Below, in pieces: positions 45,500 to 60,689 of a stretch of DNA of 64,000 bases (positions are counted from its first letter, which is position 1; each line of letters begins with the position of its first letter). A program made the translations under genes and the position numbers. The notes beneath the pieces were generated by a model. That model ran no database searches and was not told where the DNA came from. It saw only the letters and a program-made list of their open reading frames with translations. This DNA is from Hypanus sabinus (lineage: Eukaryota): contig NC_082717.1 of assembly GCF_030144855.1 (NCBI RefSeq), positions 5,208,001 to 5,272,000 of the forward strand, given 5' to 3'.

Positions 45500-46320
45500 A
45501 AATAATAGAAAAACCTACAGCACAATAGAGGCCCTTTGGTCCACAATTCTGTGCCAATCATGTACTTAATTTGGAAATTATCTCGGGTTACCCAGAGCCC
45601 TCTATTTTTCTATTTAGGAGTCTCTTAAAAATCCCCATTGTATCCTCCTCCACCATTGACACCAGCAGCCCATTTCATGCACTCACCACTCTCCGCATAA
45701 AAAAAATTACCCCTGACGTCTCCTCTGTACCTACTTCCAAGCACCTTAAAACTGTGTCTTCTCATGATAGCCATTTCAGTCCTGGGAAAAAGCCTCTGAC
45801 TATCCACAGAATCTGTAACTCTCATCGCCTTATACAACTCTGTCAGGTCACCTTTCATCCTCTGTCACTCCAAGGAGAAAAGGCCAAGTTCACTCAACCT
45901 ATTCTCATACGGCATGCCCCCCAATCCAGGAAACATCCTTGTGATCCTCCTCTGCACCCTTTCTATAGTTTTCACATCCTCCCTGTAGTGAGGCGACCGG
46001 AACTGAGCACAGTACTCCAAGTGGGGTCTGGCCAGGCTGCAACATTACCTCTCGGCTCTTAAACTCAATCCCACGGTTGATGAATTTATTCTTTCTTAAT
46101 CACAGAGTCAACCTGAGCAGCAGCTTGAGTGTCCTATGGATTCGTACCCCAAGATCCCTCTGATCCTTTAAACCGCCTAGAGTCTTACCATTAATACTAT
46201 ATTCTGCCATCATATTTGACCTACCAAAATTAACCACCTCACAGTTATCTCAGTGGAACTCCATCTGCCACTTCTCTGCCCAGTTTTGCATCCAATCGAT
46301 GTTCCGCTGTAACCTCTGAC
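45500..46320 (-). mobile_element. CR1 LINE 3' fragment
   Basis: ORF 45625-45858 (KGDLTELYK..RYRGDVRGNFF) and CR1 tail. Confidence 0.85.
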
Positions 46321-47819
46321 ACGTTCTTTAATAAAAGGAGTAAATCTCAGATGTTCTACAACAAGACATCTCATCCCGAACAGATCAACGGAGTCAGAGG
46401 AACTGAGAGAAGAGAATCGTATTTTTACAAGTGACCGGGTGGGTGGAGGCAAAGTCAAGATAGCTGTGAGTGTCAGTAGGTTTATAAAAGTAATCAGTAG
46501 ATGGTCTGTTTCCAGAGATGGAGACAGAGAAATGAAGAACGGGTTCTCCTCATACGGCCTCACTAGGATTATATAAAGCTGCAACATTAATTCCTGACCC
46601 TTGAACTCAGTTCCTTGACTAATAATGGCAGGCATGTCAAATGCCTTCCATTTCAAGACAATAGCTTCTTGAAATTGGGTACACAGGTTGTGGTAAAGAA
46701 AAGTATTGTGCAGCATTATCCTGGATTCCTTCTTGAACAAAGGAACTACATTAGCAACTTGCCAGTCGCCCAGGGCCTCACCAGTGGCTGCAGAGAACAG
46801 AAAGATCTTGGTTCGTGTCACAACAATCCCGTCTCTTGCCTGTTCTGGGGACTAACTGTCTTTCAGAGACTTCTTCGTTATCTCAGAATGCCCCACTCAA
46901 ATCTCATTCTGCTGCAAATTTTTCCTTGGTAAGTACTCATGCAACTTACTCATTTTAGAAAGACTGATTAGCAAACACCACATCCAGTATGGCATGTCCT
47001 CTATCACTTACCATCAACATCTCCAGGGTTCCAGCCACGATGCAGCAATCTCACTTGCTCCAGTGATGCCTGGGCCTTTAAATTTCTATAATGTCCTATC
47101 TTTCCTACCTATACTACTGTAACACTTACCCAGCAGGCTGGTATATGTCGAGGGGAAAAGGAGATCCAGCCACTCACCAACCCCAACTCCCGTACACGTA
47201 GGTGCTGTGAGAATCAAGTTTATGCCGCGCGTACACACACCCTATCAAACTCACAGCAGATACCGCTATGGAATACACTTTAAAGATTTTACTAAAACTA
47301 AAAGAGTACTATGCTATACAGTATATATGAAGGAAAAGAAAATAAAGTAAAAGGCCCCAACTTATCAAAGTTCAGTCAGTTTAGTGCACATCGTTGGAGC
47401 TCAACCATCGAACCATTCGACCCCTCGTCACTTTCCTTCGATATCCACGTCTTCGCACCTGGGACCACCCCCGGTGGTCGACCGAGCAGTGCAGTGCACG
47501 TCTACCTTCCTTGGCGTCTCCTTCCCACCTCCCTCGAAAAGACCACAAAACCCCCAAGCTCCCAGCCTCACAAGACAAAATAACATTCCTCATTGGTTAA
47601 AAAATGAATACAATCCCCATATCAACAAGTCCAAAGCTAAACAACTGCGAGAGAAAACAGTTAACAAACAAAAAAGCATTCCTACTCTAGCAAACCAAAG
47701 AAGCCATTTTGATTAACATACACAGTACATTGTACACGACACAACTTAAAAGTCCCATTTCCTAACTGTTTTTCACAGATTCTACATCTCTTCCTTCTGA
47801 CTACCCCCTAAAGAAGACC

Positions 47820-50040
47820 ATAAGACAAAGGAGCAGAAGTCGGTCATTCGGCCCATCGAGTCTGATCCACCATTTTATCATGAGCTGATCCAATCTCCAC
47901 TTTAGTCCCGTTCCCCCGCCTTCTCACCATAACCTTTAATGTCCTGGCTACTCAGATACCTATTAATCTCTGCCTTAAATACACTCAATGACTTGGCCTC
48001 CACTGCTGCCCGTGGCAACAAATTCCACAGATTCGCCACCCTCTGGCTAAAAAAAAATTCTTTGCATCTCTGCTCTGAATGGGCACCCTTCAATCCTTAA
48101 GTCATGTCCTCTCGTACTAGACTCCCCCACGATGGGAAACAACTTTGCCACATCCACTCTGTCCATGCCTTTCAGCATTCGAAATGTTTCTATGAGGTCC
48201 CCCCGCATTCTTTTAAACTCCAAAGAGCACAGTCCAAGAGTGGTCAAACATTCCTCATATGTTAACCCTCTCATTCCCAGAATCATTCTAGTGAATCTTC
48301 TCTGAACCCTCTCCAATGTCAGCACATCCTTTCTTAAATAAGGAATCCAAAACTGCACAAAGTACTCCAAGTGAGGTCTTACCAGTGCCTTAAAGAGCCT
48401 CAATACTACATCCCTTCTCCTATACTCTATTCCTCGAAAAATGAATGCCAACATTGCATTCGCCTTCTTCACCACCGACTCAACCTGGAGGTTAAACTTA
48501 AGGGTATCCTGCACGAGGACTCCCAAGTCCCATTGCATCTCAGAACTTTGAATTCTCTCCCCATTTAAATAATAGTCTGCCTGTTAATTTCTTCTACCAA
48601 TGTGCATGACCATACACTTTCCAACATTGTAATTCATTTGCCACTTCTTTGCCTATTCCCCCAATCTATCCAAGTCTCTCTGCAGACTCTCTGTTTCCTC
48701 AGCACTACCGCCCCCCCTCCACCTATCTTTGTATCCTCAGCAAACTTACCCACAAAGCCATCTATTCCATAATCCAAATCGTTGATATACAACGTATAAA
48801 GAAGCAGCCCCAACACGGACCCCTGTGGAACACCACTGATAACCAGCAGCCAACCAGAATGGGATCCTTTATTCCCACTCTCTGTTTCCTGCCAATCAAC
48901 CAATGCTCTATCCACGTATGTAACTTTCCCGTAATTCCATGGGCTCTTATCTTGTTTAGCAGCCTCATGTGCAGCACCTTGTCAAAGGCCTTCTGAAAAT
49001 CCAAATACATAACATCCATTGCATCTCCCTTGTCTAGCCTACTTGTAATTTCCTCAAAAAATTGCACTAGGTTTGTCAGGCAGGATTTTCCCTGAAGGAA
49101 ACCATGCTGAGTTATGCCTGTCTTGTCATATGCCTCCAGGTACTCCGTAACCTCATCCTTGACAATCGACTCCAACAACTTCCCAACCACTGATGTGAAA
49201 CTAGCAGGTCTATAATTTCCTTTTTGCTTCCTTGCCCCCTTAAATAGCAGAGTGACATTTGCAATCTTCCAGTCCACCGGAACCAGGCCAGGATCTATTG
49301 ACTTTTGAAAGACCATTGCTAATGCCTTCGCAATTTCCACAGCTACTTCCTTCAGAACACGAGGGTGCATTCCATCTGGTCCAGGAGATTTATCTACCCT
49401 TAGATTATTCATCTTCCTGAGTACTTTCTCTGTCGTAATTGTGACTGCACATATTTCTCTTCCCAGACCCCCTTGAGTGTCCAGTATATTGCTGATGTCT
49501 TCCTCAGTGAATACTGATGCAAAATACTCGTTCACTTCCTCAGCCATCTCCTTATCTCCATTACAATTTCTCCAGCATCATTTTCTATCTGTCCTATGTC
49601 TACTCTCACCTGTCTTTTACTCTTTATATACTTGAAAATGCTTTTAGTATCCTCTTTGATATTGTTTGCTAATTTCCTTTCATAGTTCATCATTTCCCTC
49701 TTAATGACCTTCCTAGTTTCCTCTTGTAAGCTTTTAAAAACTTACCAATCCTCTGTCTTCCCAATAATTATTGCTTCCTTGTATGCCCTCTTCTTTGCTT
49801 TTACTTTGGCTTTGACTTCACTTGTCAGCCACAGTTGCATCCTTTTTCCATTTGAAAATTTCTTCTTTTTTGGAATATATCTGTCTTGCACCTTCCACAC
49901 TTTTCGCATAAACTCCAAACACTGCTGCTCTGCCGTCCTTCCCGCTAGTGTCCCTTTCCAGTCAACCTTGGCCAGTTCCTCTCTCATGCCACTGTCATTT
50001 CCTTTACTCCAGTGAAATACCGACACAGCTGATTTTGGCT
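47820..50040 (-). mobile_element. CR1 LINE, 5'-truncated, degenerate RT
   Basis: ORFs 49742-50026, 48762-49547, 48634-48915 and 48047-48538. Confidence 0.95.
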
Positions 50041-50889
50041 TCTCTTTGTCTGTTCATTCTGAGGGGATAAGTCAGGAGTTGATGTGAGGTGTCATTTTAC
50101 CCTGTTTGTTTCGCAATCAGCCTCTCTGTCCTCTGAGACTCAGTGCGCCAATGATTTAAGCAGTTGTTTCACTTTCCCAGTCTCTTGCTACATTAACTGT
50201 GTCACTATGCTGTTGTTAGGTGGATCTGCATGTCCAGGTCATGATGCCTTTCCACCCTCTTGTTAGTCTCATCTGTGTTCTCAAAGTCAAAGTGGAGTTT
50301 ATTGTCATATGCACAAGTCCACGTGTGCTCAGGTGAAATGAAAACTTACTTCTAACAGCAATGATGTCATTGTACAATGTAATTTGGGGCAATTGACAGT
50401 GTTTTTGTGTGGGGTGATGCGCAGTTAATGTTTTGCTTTGAATGACCAATGTTTTTTTTTGCTTCGTGGCTGTCTGGAGAAGACAAATCTCAGAATTCTA
50501 TAATGCAAACATATGTTCAGAATAAAATTAACTTTTGAACCTTTAATCATATCACCAATATACACAAGAAAAACATAAAGTATTTGACTTTTACAGGCAA
50601 GAACATGATTAGAATTAAAAAAACAATAGTTGTGTAAAGCAATCAAGGAAGTCACAGTATTGCTAAACTGTTGTGGTTCAACAACTGAAAGGCTTAGAGG
50701 AAGTGACTATTTATGACAACTGCATGGTGGTGTGAGACTTTAACCTTCTCAACTCCTGCCTTTCTGTATTTCTGTACTCCTGGTCGCTGTGAGAAGCTCA
50801 CATGGCTCTGAAAGTGAGGATTTTTGATGGTGGCTGCTAGCTCTTGAGGCAGTGACTCCTGTAGGCACTACTGATGGTGGATAGAGATA

Positions 50890-51580
50890 TGCCTGTGAGG
50901 TAGGTGACCAAAACCACACACAATACTCCAAATTATGCCCCACCAATATCTTATATATCTTCAACATTACATCCCATCTCCTGCACTCAGTACTTCGATT
51001 TACGAATGTGCCAAAATCTTTCTTTACAAAACTATTTACCTGCGCTGCAACTTCTCATGAATTATTGACCCATGTTCCAAGATCCCTTTGATCTCCTGCA
51101 CTCCTGAGTGACCCTGCCGTTCATTGTGCAACACCTACCCTGGATGGTCCTCCCAAGGTGCAAAACCTCACACTTGTCTCTATTAAATTCCATCTGCCAT
51201 TTTACCAGCTTGCCTAGTTCCAATATTTTCCTTGGTGTCCACTACAGCCAAAATCTTGGTGTCATTCACAAATTTGCTGATCCATTCAACCGCATTATCT
51301 TCCAGAGCATTGATAGAGATGAAAACCATCAAAGGGCCCAGCACCGACCCCTGTGAAACACCACTAATCACAGGCCTCCAGTCAGAAAGGCAACCATCTA
51401 CTACCACTCTCTGTCTTCTTCCACAGAGCCAACGTCTAATCCTGGATACCACCTCATCTTGAAAGCCAAGCGACCGAATGTGCTTGATAAACCTCCCATG
51501 GGGGACCTTGTCAAATAGCTTGTAGAAAACATCCACGTCCTTGCCTTGATTATCTTTCCTGGTAACTTCCTCAAAAAAAC
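50890..51580 (-). mobile_element. CR1 RT fragment
   Basis: ORF 51183-51536 ([18 protein letters not shown]). Confidence 0.85.
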
Positions 51581-52169
51581 TAGCACGCAGTCAGATTGAC
51601 AGGAAGGGCAGGCAGATCATGGGATTTAGTTGCAGCTGAGTATCAAGTCATTATGTATGCAGAATCAGAAAAGTCAGCAAATACGGTACACAAGGTGTTG
51701 TATCTAAATATTTGTAGTATCAAGTCAAGTCAAGTCGCTTTTTGTTGTCATTTTGACCATAAACTGCTGGTACAGTACACAGTATAAATGAAACATCTTT
51801 CCTCCAGGACACTGGTGCTACTTGAAACAGCACAAAACTACACTAGACTATGTGAGACAACTCAAGGCTACACTAGACTACGTAAAACAACACAAAAACT
51901 ACACTAGACTACAGACCTACACAGGACTACATAAAGTACACAAAACAGTGAAGGGCAGTACAATAATAAATAAATAAATAACAAACAAGACAATGGGCAC
52001 AATAGAGAACACATTTCAATATAATAATAAATGATATAGATGTCAGTCTAGGTTCTGGGTATTGAGGAGTCTGATAGCTTCGGGGAAGTACAAGAAATAA
52101 GGTGGATAATCTTGTTACAATATTACAGATTGCCAGGAGTGATGGTGTGGCCATCACTGAATTGTAGCT

Positions 52170-54680
52170 GAAGGATGGTTGTAGTTGGGAGCTGAATGTC
52201 AAGTGTTATAACTTATATCGGAGGAGAGGAAGGTATGCAGAGGGGTTGGTGTGATTCTTCTGGTAAAGAATGGCATGAAATCAGTAGAAAGATGTGACAG
52301 TATCGAAGATGTTGAAACCTTGTGCGCTGTGTTATGAAACTGCAAGGGTAAAAGGACGTTGATGGCACGAATATACAGGCCTCATAACAATGGCTGAGAA
52401 CTGGACCACCAGTTACAACAAATATAGAATAGGCAAGTCAAAAGGGGAATGTTATAGTAATTGCGGGAGATTTTAAAATGCAGGTTGATTGGGAAAATCA
52501 GCTCGGTGATGGATCTCAAGATAGTGACTTTATTGAATGCCTAAGAGATAGCTTTTTAGAGCAGTTTGCCATTGAGCCTATTAGGGGAGTAGCTATACTG
52601 GATTGGATGTTATATAATGAACTGCAGGTGATTAGGAAACTTCAGGTCAAAGAACCTTAAGGAACCAGTGATCACAATATGATTGTGTTCAATTTGAAAT
52701 TTGATAAGGAGAAAGTAAAGTCTGATGTAGCAGTATTTCAGTGGAGTGAAGGAAATTACAGTGGTATGAGAGAGGACTTGGCCAAAATAAATTGGAAGGA
52801 GCAGCTGGCAGGGATGTCAGCAGAGAAGCAATAGTGTCAGTTTCTGGGAAAAATGAGGAAGGTGCAGGACATGAGTATTCCAAAAGTGACGAAATACTAA
52901 ATGGTAAAATAGTACAGCTATGGCTGACAAGGGAAGTCAAAGCTATTGTAATAGCAAAAGAAAGGGCAAACAGCAAAGCAAAAATTAGTGGGAAGATAGA
53001 GGATTGGTAAGTTTTTAAAAACCTACAGAGAGCAACTAAAAAATTCATTAGAAAGGCAATGATGAAATATGAACGCAAGCTAGCAAATAATATCAAAATG
53101 GATAATAAAAGTTAAAAGACACTAGCAGTATGCCTGATGTAGTGCGTGAAGAAGGATATGTGGGTGGAGTTATTGTTACAAGAGAGAAGGTGTTCAGAAA
53201 GCTGAAAGATTTAAAGGTACATAAGTCACCAGGATCAGGTGAACTGTTCTCTTTGAGAAAGGAGGAAGGCAGCAGAAAGGAAATTATCGACCAGTTAGCC
53301 TGACCTCAGTGGTTGGGAATAAGTTAAGGATGAGGTGATGGAGTACTTGGTGACACAGTACAACATAGTACAAAGCCAGCATGGTTTCCTTCGGGGAAAA
53401 TCCTGCCTGATGAACCTGTTGGAATTCTTTGAGGAGATTACAAGTTGGGTAGATAAAGGGAATGCAGTGGATGTTGTATATTTGGACTTTCAGAAGGCCT
53501 TAGACAAGGTGCCACACATGAGGCTGCTTAGCAAGTGAAGAGCCCATGGTATGACAAGAAAGTCACGAACATGGTTAGAGCATGGTTGAGTGGTAGGAGG
53601 CAGTGAGTGGGAATAAAATAATCCTTTTCTAGTTGGCTGCCAGTGACTAGTGGTGTTCTGCAGGGGTCAGTGTTGGGACCACTTCTTTTTATGCTGTACA
53701 TAAATAATTTAGATGATAGAATAGACGGCTTTGTTCGCCAGTTTTCAGAAGATACAAAGATTGGTGGAGGGGCAGGCAGTGTTGAGGAAACAGGTATCAT
53801 AAGGAAGGACAGACAGATTAGGAGAATGAGCAAGAAAGTGGCAAATAAAACACAATGTTGGAAAGTGCATGGTCATTCACTTTGGCAGTAGGAATAAACA
53901 TGCAGAGTCTTTTCTAAATGGGGAGAAAATCCAGGAATTTGAGATGCAGAGGGACAGAGGAGTCCTTGAACAGAACACCCTGAAGGTTAACTTGCAGGGT
54001 GACTCCATGCTGAGGAAGGAAAATGGCATTTTAGCATTCATTTCAAGAGTTCTAGAATACAAGAGCAAGGATATGATGCTAAGGATTTATAAGGCACTGG
54101 TGAGGCCTCACCTTGAGTATTGTGAACAGTTTTGATCCCTCATCTTGGAAAATATATGCTTGTATTGGGGAGGGCCTGGAGTAGGATTCCAGGATTCAGA
54201 GGCATTCCAGGAATGATTCCAGGAGTGAAAGAGTTATCACATGAGGAACATTTGATGGCACTGGGTCTGAACTCAATGGAATACAAAAGAATGAGGGGGA
54301 TCTCATTCAAACCTTTCGAAAGTTGAGAGGGCTAGACAGAGTAGATGTGGTAAGGATGTTTCCCATGGTGGGAAAGTCTAGGACAAGAGGACACAGCCTC
54401 AGGATAGAAGGGTGCCCTTTCAAAACAGAGATGCTGAGAAATTTCTTCAGCCAAAGGGTGGTGATTTTGTGGAATTTGTTGCCACATGCAGCTGTGGAGT
54501 CCAGGTCGTGGGGTATATCTAAGGCAGAGATTGATAGGTTCTTGATTGGAAATTTCATCAAACGTTAAGGGAGAAGGCCCGGAACTGGAGTTGAGGAGCA
54601 GATACAAAAAAGGATCAGCTATGATTCTATGGCAGAGCAGACCTGATGTGCCAAATGGCCTCATTCTGCTCCTTTGTCTT
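52170..54680 (+). mobile_element. Degenerate CR1 LINE (EN to tail)
   Basis: ORFs 52478-52660, 53335-53538, 53643-53891, 53869-54135 and 54323-54568. Confidence 0.92.
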
Positions 54681-54789
54681 CTGGTCTTAATGGTATTGAA
54701 TAGCAAAATCGAAACAACAGGTTTGATTGGTCAGATAATTTGAAGTGACTACATTTTAATGCTTGGAGTATTATGGGTAGAAACACGGA

Positions 54790-55525
54790 AACATGGAAAA
54801 TATACAGCAGCATACAGGCCCTTCGGCCCTCAATGCTGTGCTGAACATGTCCCTACCTTAGAATACCTGGGCTTTATTCATAGCCGTCTATTTTTCTAAG
54901 CTGCATGTAGCCTTCCAGGAGTCTCTTAAAAAGATTCTATCGTTTTTGCCTCCATCACTGCCGCCTGTAGCCCAATCCACGCACTCACCACTGTCTGTGT
55001 AAGGTACTTACCCCTAATATCTCCTCTGTACCTACTTCCAAGCACCTTCAAACTATGCCCTCTTGTGCTAGCCATTTCAGCCCTGGGGCAAAGCGTCTGG
55101 CTATCCACATGATCAAGTCACCTCTCATCACCCCAAGGAGAAAAGACCGAGTTCCCTCAACCTTTTCTCATAAGGTGAGCTCCCCAATCTAGGCAACACC
55201 CTTGTAAATCACCTCTGCATCCTTTCTATGGTTTCCACGTCTTTCCTATAGTGAGCTGACCAGAATTGAGCACAATACCCCAAGTGTGGTCTGACCAGGT
55301 TCCTATATAGCTGCAACATTACCTATCAGCTCCTAAACTCAATCCAACGATTGATGAAGGCCAATGCACCGGATGTCCTCTTAAACACAGAGTCAACCTG
55401 CATAGCAGCTTTGAGTATCCTATGTCCTGTGACCCCAAGATCTCTCTGATCCTCCACACTGCCAAGAGTCTTATCATTAATGCTATGTTCTACCAACATA
55501 CTTGACCTACCAAAATGATCCACCT
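54790..55525 (-). mobile_element. CR1 3' fragment
   Basis: ORFs 55326-55523 and 54926-55108. Confidence 0.85.
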
Positions 55526-55529
55526 CGGT

Positions 55530-57890
55530 GAAAAAGATGAGCTCAGAGCATGGATCAGTGCATGGAACTACAATGTTGTAGTCATCACTGACACTTGGTC
55601 AAGAGAGGAGTAGAAATGGGTGCTCAATGCGCTAGATTTTTGAAGTTTTAGGAAAGATTGAGTAGGAGGTAAAGGAATAGGGTGGAGTGTGTGTTGCATT
55701 ACTAATCAGGGACCAAACGTTCACTGTGTCCATTTGGGTGGAACTCAGGAATAGGAAGGGTGTGATCACACTGATGGGATTGTACAACAAATCCCCCTAA
55801 TATTCACTGGATATTGAGGAGCCAAAATCCAATCAGATTCAGGAAATATTTAAAAATAATAAGGTTGTTCTCTTGGGGATTACAACTTCCCTAATAAAAA
55901 CTGAGACCTTCTTGCTGCAAGGGGTGTTGATGGAGTAGGATCTGTTAACCATATCCAGGAAGGTTTCTTAAATCAGAATGTGGATGGTCCGAAGAGAGAA
56001 GGGGTTGTACTGGACCTGGTGTTGGGTAATGAGCCTGGCCAGGTGATTGACCTTTCAGTGGGTGAGCAGTAAGGGAATGGTGACCAGAAATCCTTAACTT
56101 TCAGGATAGTAATTGAGAAGGGTAAGGATTGGAGTAGGGCAAATTATAAGTGCATTAGGCAGGAACTAAAAAGCATTAACTGGGAAAATATCAGACATGT
56201 GGAGGAGGTTTAAAGAACAATTGCACACAGTACAGGAATGGTATGCTCCTGTTATAAGGTTGGATGGGGACTTAGAGATAAGAGAACCTTGGATGCCCTG
56301 GGAAGTGATGAATTTAGTCATGAAGTAAAAGAAAAAGTATGTACAACTTTGGAAGCTAGGATCAAGGGAAGCACAGGAGGAATATAAAGAATCCAGAAAA
56401 GAACTACAGAAGGGAATTGGGAAACCCAGGAGGGGACGTGAAAAGTCCTTGGCAAACAGGATTAGGGTGAAACCCAGGCATTCTAGAACAAGAGGATAAC
56501 TAGGGAGAGGGTGGGACCACTCAAAGATAAAGCGGGGTGGGGGAGACATTTGCTTGGATGTAGGGAATGAATGAAGTACTTAATGAGTACTTTGCTTCAG
56601 TATTTACCAAAGAAAAGAATATGGAGGATTGTTAGATCTGTGCTGAGTGTATACATGCATTATGGTGTTTAGAAGTCAAGGAGGAGGAAGTGTTGGGCCT
56701 GCTAAGGAGTTTTAAGATGAATAAGTCTCCAGGGTCTGATGGGATTTACCCCAGGTTATTGAAGGAAGCAAGAGAAAAGATTTCTGGGCCCTTGACCAGT
56801 ATCTTCATGTCCTCATTTGCCACCGGCAAGGTCCCGGTGGACTGTCATGTGGCTAATGGTATACCTATATTTAAGAAGGGAACAAGGGAAAATCCTGGGA
56901 ACTATAGACTGGTGAGTCTCAGGTCATCTGTAGGGAAATTGCTGGAGAAAATTCTGAGAGATAGGTTATATGAGCATTGGGAGGCCCATGGCTTAGTTAG
57001 AGAGACCTGGCTTGGCTTTGTTCAAATCAGGGCATGCCTTAGCAACTTGATTGAGTCTTTTCACAAGGTGACAAGACAGATTGATTAGGTAGGGCAGTGG
57101 ATGTTGTCCACATGGATTTTAGTAAAGTGTCTGACAAACTCCCTCATGGAAGGTTAATTCAGCAGATTATGTTACATGGGGTCTGAGGCAAATTGACTGG
57201 TTTCAAAACTGGCTTGTGCATGCAAGACAGAGGGTTACAGTTGAAGAGACTTATTCAAGCTGGAGAGTTGGTGTTCTGCAGGGATCTGTGCTGGGATCTC
57301 TGCTATTTGTGATGTATATAAATGACTGGGATGAAAATGTAGATGCACGGGATAGTAAGCTTGCAGATAATACCAAGATTGGTGGAGTTGTGGATAGTGT
57401 GGAAGTCTGGCAAAGAACACAGTGCGACATAGATCAGTTACAGATATGCACTGAGAAATGGCAGATGGAGTTTAACCCAGATATATGTGAAGTGTTGCAC
57501 CTTAGTAGGTCAAATGCAAGGAGGCAATACACAGGAGACAGGGAGTATCTGTTTTCTAGTGTTGAAATATCTAATAAAAGAGGGTATGCATTGAAGGCGA
57601 GATGATGTAGGTTCAAGGGGGATGTGAGGGGTCAATTTTTACTCAGAGAGAGTGGTGAGCGTCTGGAATGCACTGCCTGGTATGGTGGAAGATGCAAATA
57701 CATTAGAGGCTTTTAAGAGACTTTTGGATAGGCACATGGATGTCAGGAAAATGGAGGGATATGGAAATTGTGAAGGCAAAATGGATTTATGTTTGGGTCT
57801 TTTTGATTTGCTTTTTGGTTGGTTTAGGACAACATTGTGGGCTGAATGGCCTTCTCCTGTGCTGTACCATTTTTTGTTGTACGTTTCCCA
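55530..57890 (+). mobile_element. Degenerate CR1 LINE (EN to tail)
   Basis: ORFs 56690-57088, 57216-57605 and 57652-57897. Confidence 0.9.
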
Positions 57891-60689
57891 CCACTAATGT
57901 GAGGCTCAACAACCTATGATTTCCTGTTTTTTTTCTTAGAGCTTTTCTTAAACAACGATACCTCACCTGTCGATAAGGATGATTTAAATACTTTGGCTCA
58001 GTACCCTGCAATTTCTGCATTTGACTCCCGCAGAGTTTGAGGGCACACCATGTCGGTCCCTGGGGATCTGTCCACCCTAATTTGCTCCAAGACAGCAAAC
58101 AAGTCCTCCTCTGTAATCTGTATCAGGTCTATGACCTCGCTGCTGCCCTGTACAGATTACAGAGGGAGTGTTTATGCTCCTGTTCTCTGTGACTGTACTT
58201 GAGTATTCTGTGATTGCATTTGGTTACAATGAGTAGGTCTCAGGCGACCCTTATTCTGTTGTGGAGACATGGAATGGCCACGTTTTGCAGGAGAGTGCTG
58301 CATCTTCTGAAGTCTACGGCTGGTCAACTAGATTGACAGAATCTTGTGGTCAGTCAAGCTAAGAGAAGAAATGAAGATTCATCAACAAAATTGAGTGGTA
58401 TGTACAAGTTCCATAAAAGATATTAGATTCAGACTTCAATTATTTACATTGGAGGTACATGACTGCAGATGCTGGAATGTCAAGCAACAAATGATCTGGG
58501 AGGAAATCAATGGGTCAAGCAACATCTGTGGAGGGGGGGGGGAGACAGAATTGTACTTGTTCACAATTGTTGCTTCCCCACCAGTTGTTAGAAGATTGAG
58601 GAGATAATGAGGAACCAACATGTTGGTGGGACTGCAGTCCTACAGAGGCCGCGCTGGGTATGGGGGGGGCAGATTACTCCCTAAAAAGACATCAATCCAG
58701 TGTTTGCAGTGAGAACAGCTTTATTTGTCACATGTACATTAAAGCATCAAGAAATACAGTGAAATACATTGTTTGTGTCAACAATCCACACATTGTGAGG
58801 ATGTGCTGGGGCAGCCCGCAAGTGTTTCTGGTACCAACATAGCATGTCCACAACTCACTGGCCCTTCAGTCTTTGGAACGTGGGAGGAAAGCAGAGAACC
58901 TGGAGGAAGCCTTACACGGTCACAGGGAGAATGTATAAACTCCTCACAGACAGTGGCTGGAAATCCCATGTTCCCGGATCAATGGACCAGCTCTCTAGAT
59001 ATCAGTCCAGCAACAACCACAACTTTACTGCAGCTGAAAGTGCTGCAGGATAAGGCTGAATGAGTCTTACAAACACCTGAGGACAAAGATGAGGGCAACT
59101 ACTGTGGAGGGAGATCCTCCAGGAGATGTGGGGATGTGAGACTAAATAACTACATTCTCCACCAGACAGGGTGAGTGTGCTGTGGATAGTAGCACTGTGC
59201 TGGCTGTGACATGTGTTTTGTGGATGCACCATGGTCCAGAGGAACATTGTTTCATTCAGTTGTATACATGTACAGTCAGATGACAATAAACTTAAAATGG
59301 AACATGCTGCCACCGGAGATGGTGGAGAAGGTAGAATTACAACATTTAAGACATTTGAACAGGTGTTTGGGTAGCAAAGGTGCTGAGGGATAGGGACTCA
59401 ATGCATAGAAAAATGATTGGTGTAGATTGGCAATGTGGTCAGGATGTATAGGATGGCCCAAAGGCCATTTCTGTAACACTGTGCTTTACTGTGAGTCCAT
59501 GACTCACACAGAAGATTATCACTATGTTCCTGACAGTGTATCTGCAAAGACCTTTTGCCCTTCTTTCAATTTCCCAATTTTACCTCAAGGCAACGTGCAG
59601 AGTCATCATATTTTCATTTGTTTCCCTCTTGCTTGACCACATCTCTGCATTTACTCTCTGACAAACTTCCTTCTTCTCCCCCAGTGCAGCGTCTGTAACA
59701 GTCCACTGTCCTAGTGATGAGACATCAGTGGTGATACATCATTAGTCTCACAGCCTGAGGGAAGAAGCTCTTACCCAGTCTGACAGTCCTAGTCCTGATG
59801 CTCCTGTACATTCTTCCTGATGGCAGTGAGTCAGAGTTTGTGGGATGGGTGGTGGGGATCCTCAAGAGTGCTTCAGGCCCTTTGTCCACAATGCTCCTGT
59901 TAAATAGTAGGGATGGAAATCTGGATGGTCCTCATCAATCTCTGTGTGGAAAACCTCAGATCTTCTTTAAATCTCCCCACTCTGGGGCAAACTGTACATG
60001 TAGCAGACATTCAGGGAGGCAACGGACATGTTGGCCTTCATTACAAGCAACCTGAGTACCAAACAAAGGAGATAGTTGCTATGGAAATGATGCAGTGAAG
60101 TTTCACAGAACTGCTTCCCCGGATAGCGGATCTGTGAGGAGAGGAGGAGGTGAACATTCTGATTAAAATGATTCACTTTATTTGTCACATGTAAATTGAA
60201 ACATACAGTGAAATTCATTGTTTGTATCAAATCAAATCGGTGAGGATTGTGCTGGTGAGGATGTGTCCCATGAAGGATCAGAGGGGACTTGATAGAGGTC
60301 TACAACACTATGACAGGCATAGATAGGGTGGATAGCCAGTACTTGTTTCCCAGGGCACAAATAACAAACAGCAGAGGGCATATATACAATGTTAAAGGAG
60401 GGAAGTTTAGGGGAGATATCAGAGGTAATTTTTTTACACAGAGAGTTGTGGGTGCCTTGGAATGACTTGCCAGGGATGGTGGTGGAGGCTAAAACATTAA
60501 GGGTATTTAAGAGCCTCTTGGACAGGCACATGGATGAAAGAAAAATAGAGGGTTACAGGGTGGTGTGGGTTTAGTACATTTTTCTTTTTAAGGAATATAT
60601 GTGTTGGCACAACATCAAGGGCTGAAAAGCCTGTACTGTGCTATAGTATTCTTGTGGTCTCGTGTTCTAATGATTCCATAACCAACATA

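Noticed and set aside
58980-59170. Plus-strand remnant with DEGNYC and a G|GTGAGT donor, considered as a decayed Ig exon
   Set aside because: The motif lacks a residue of DxGxYxC, stops lie upstream, and no B-strand Cys or C-strand Trp was found.
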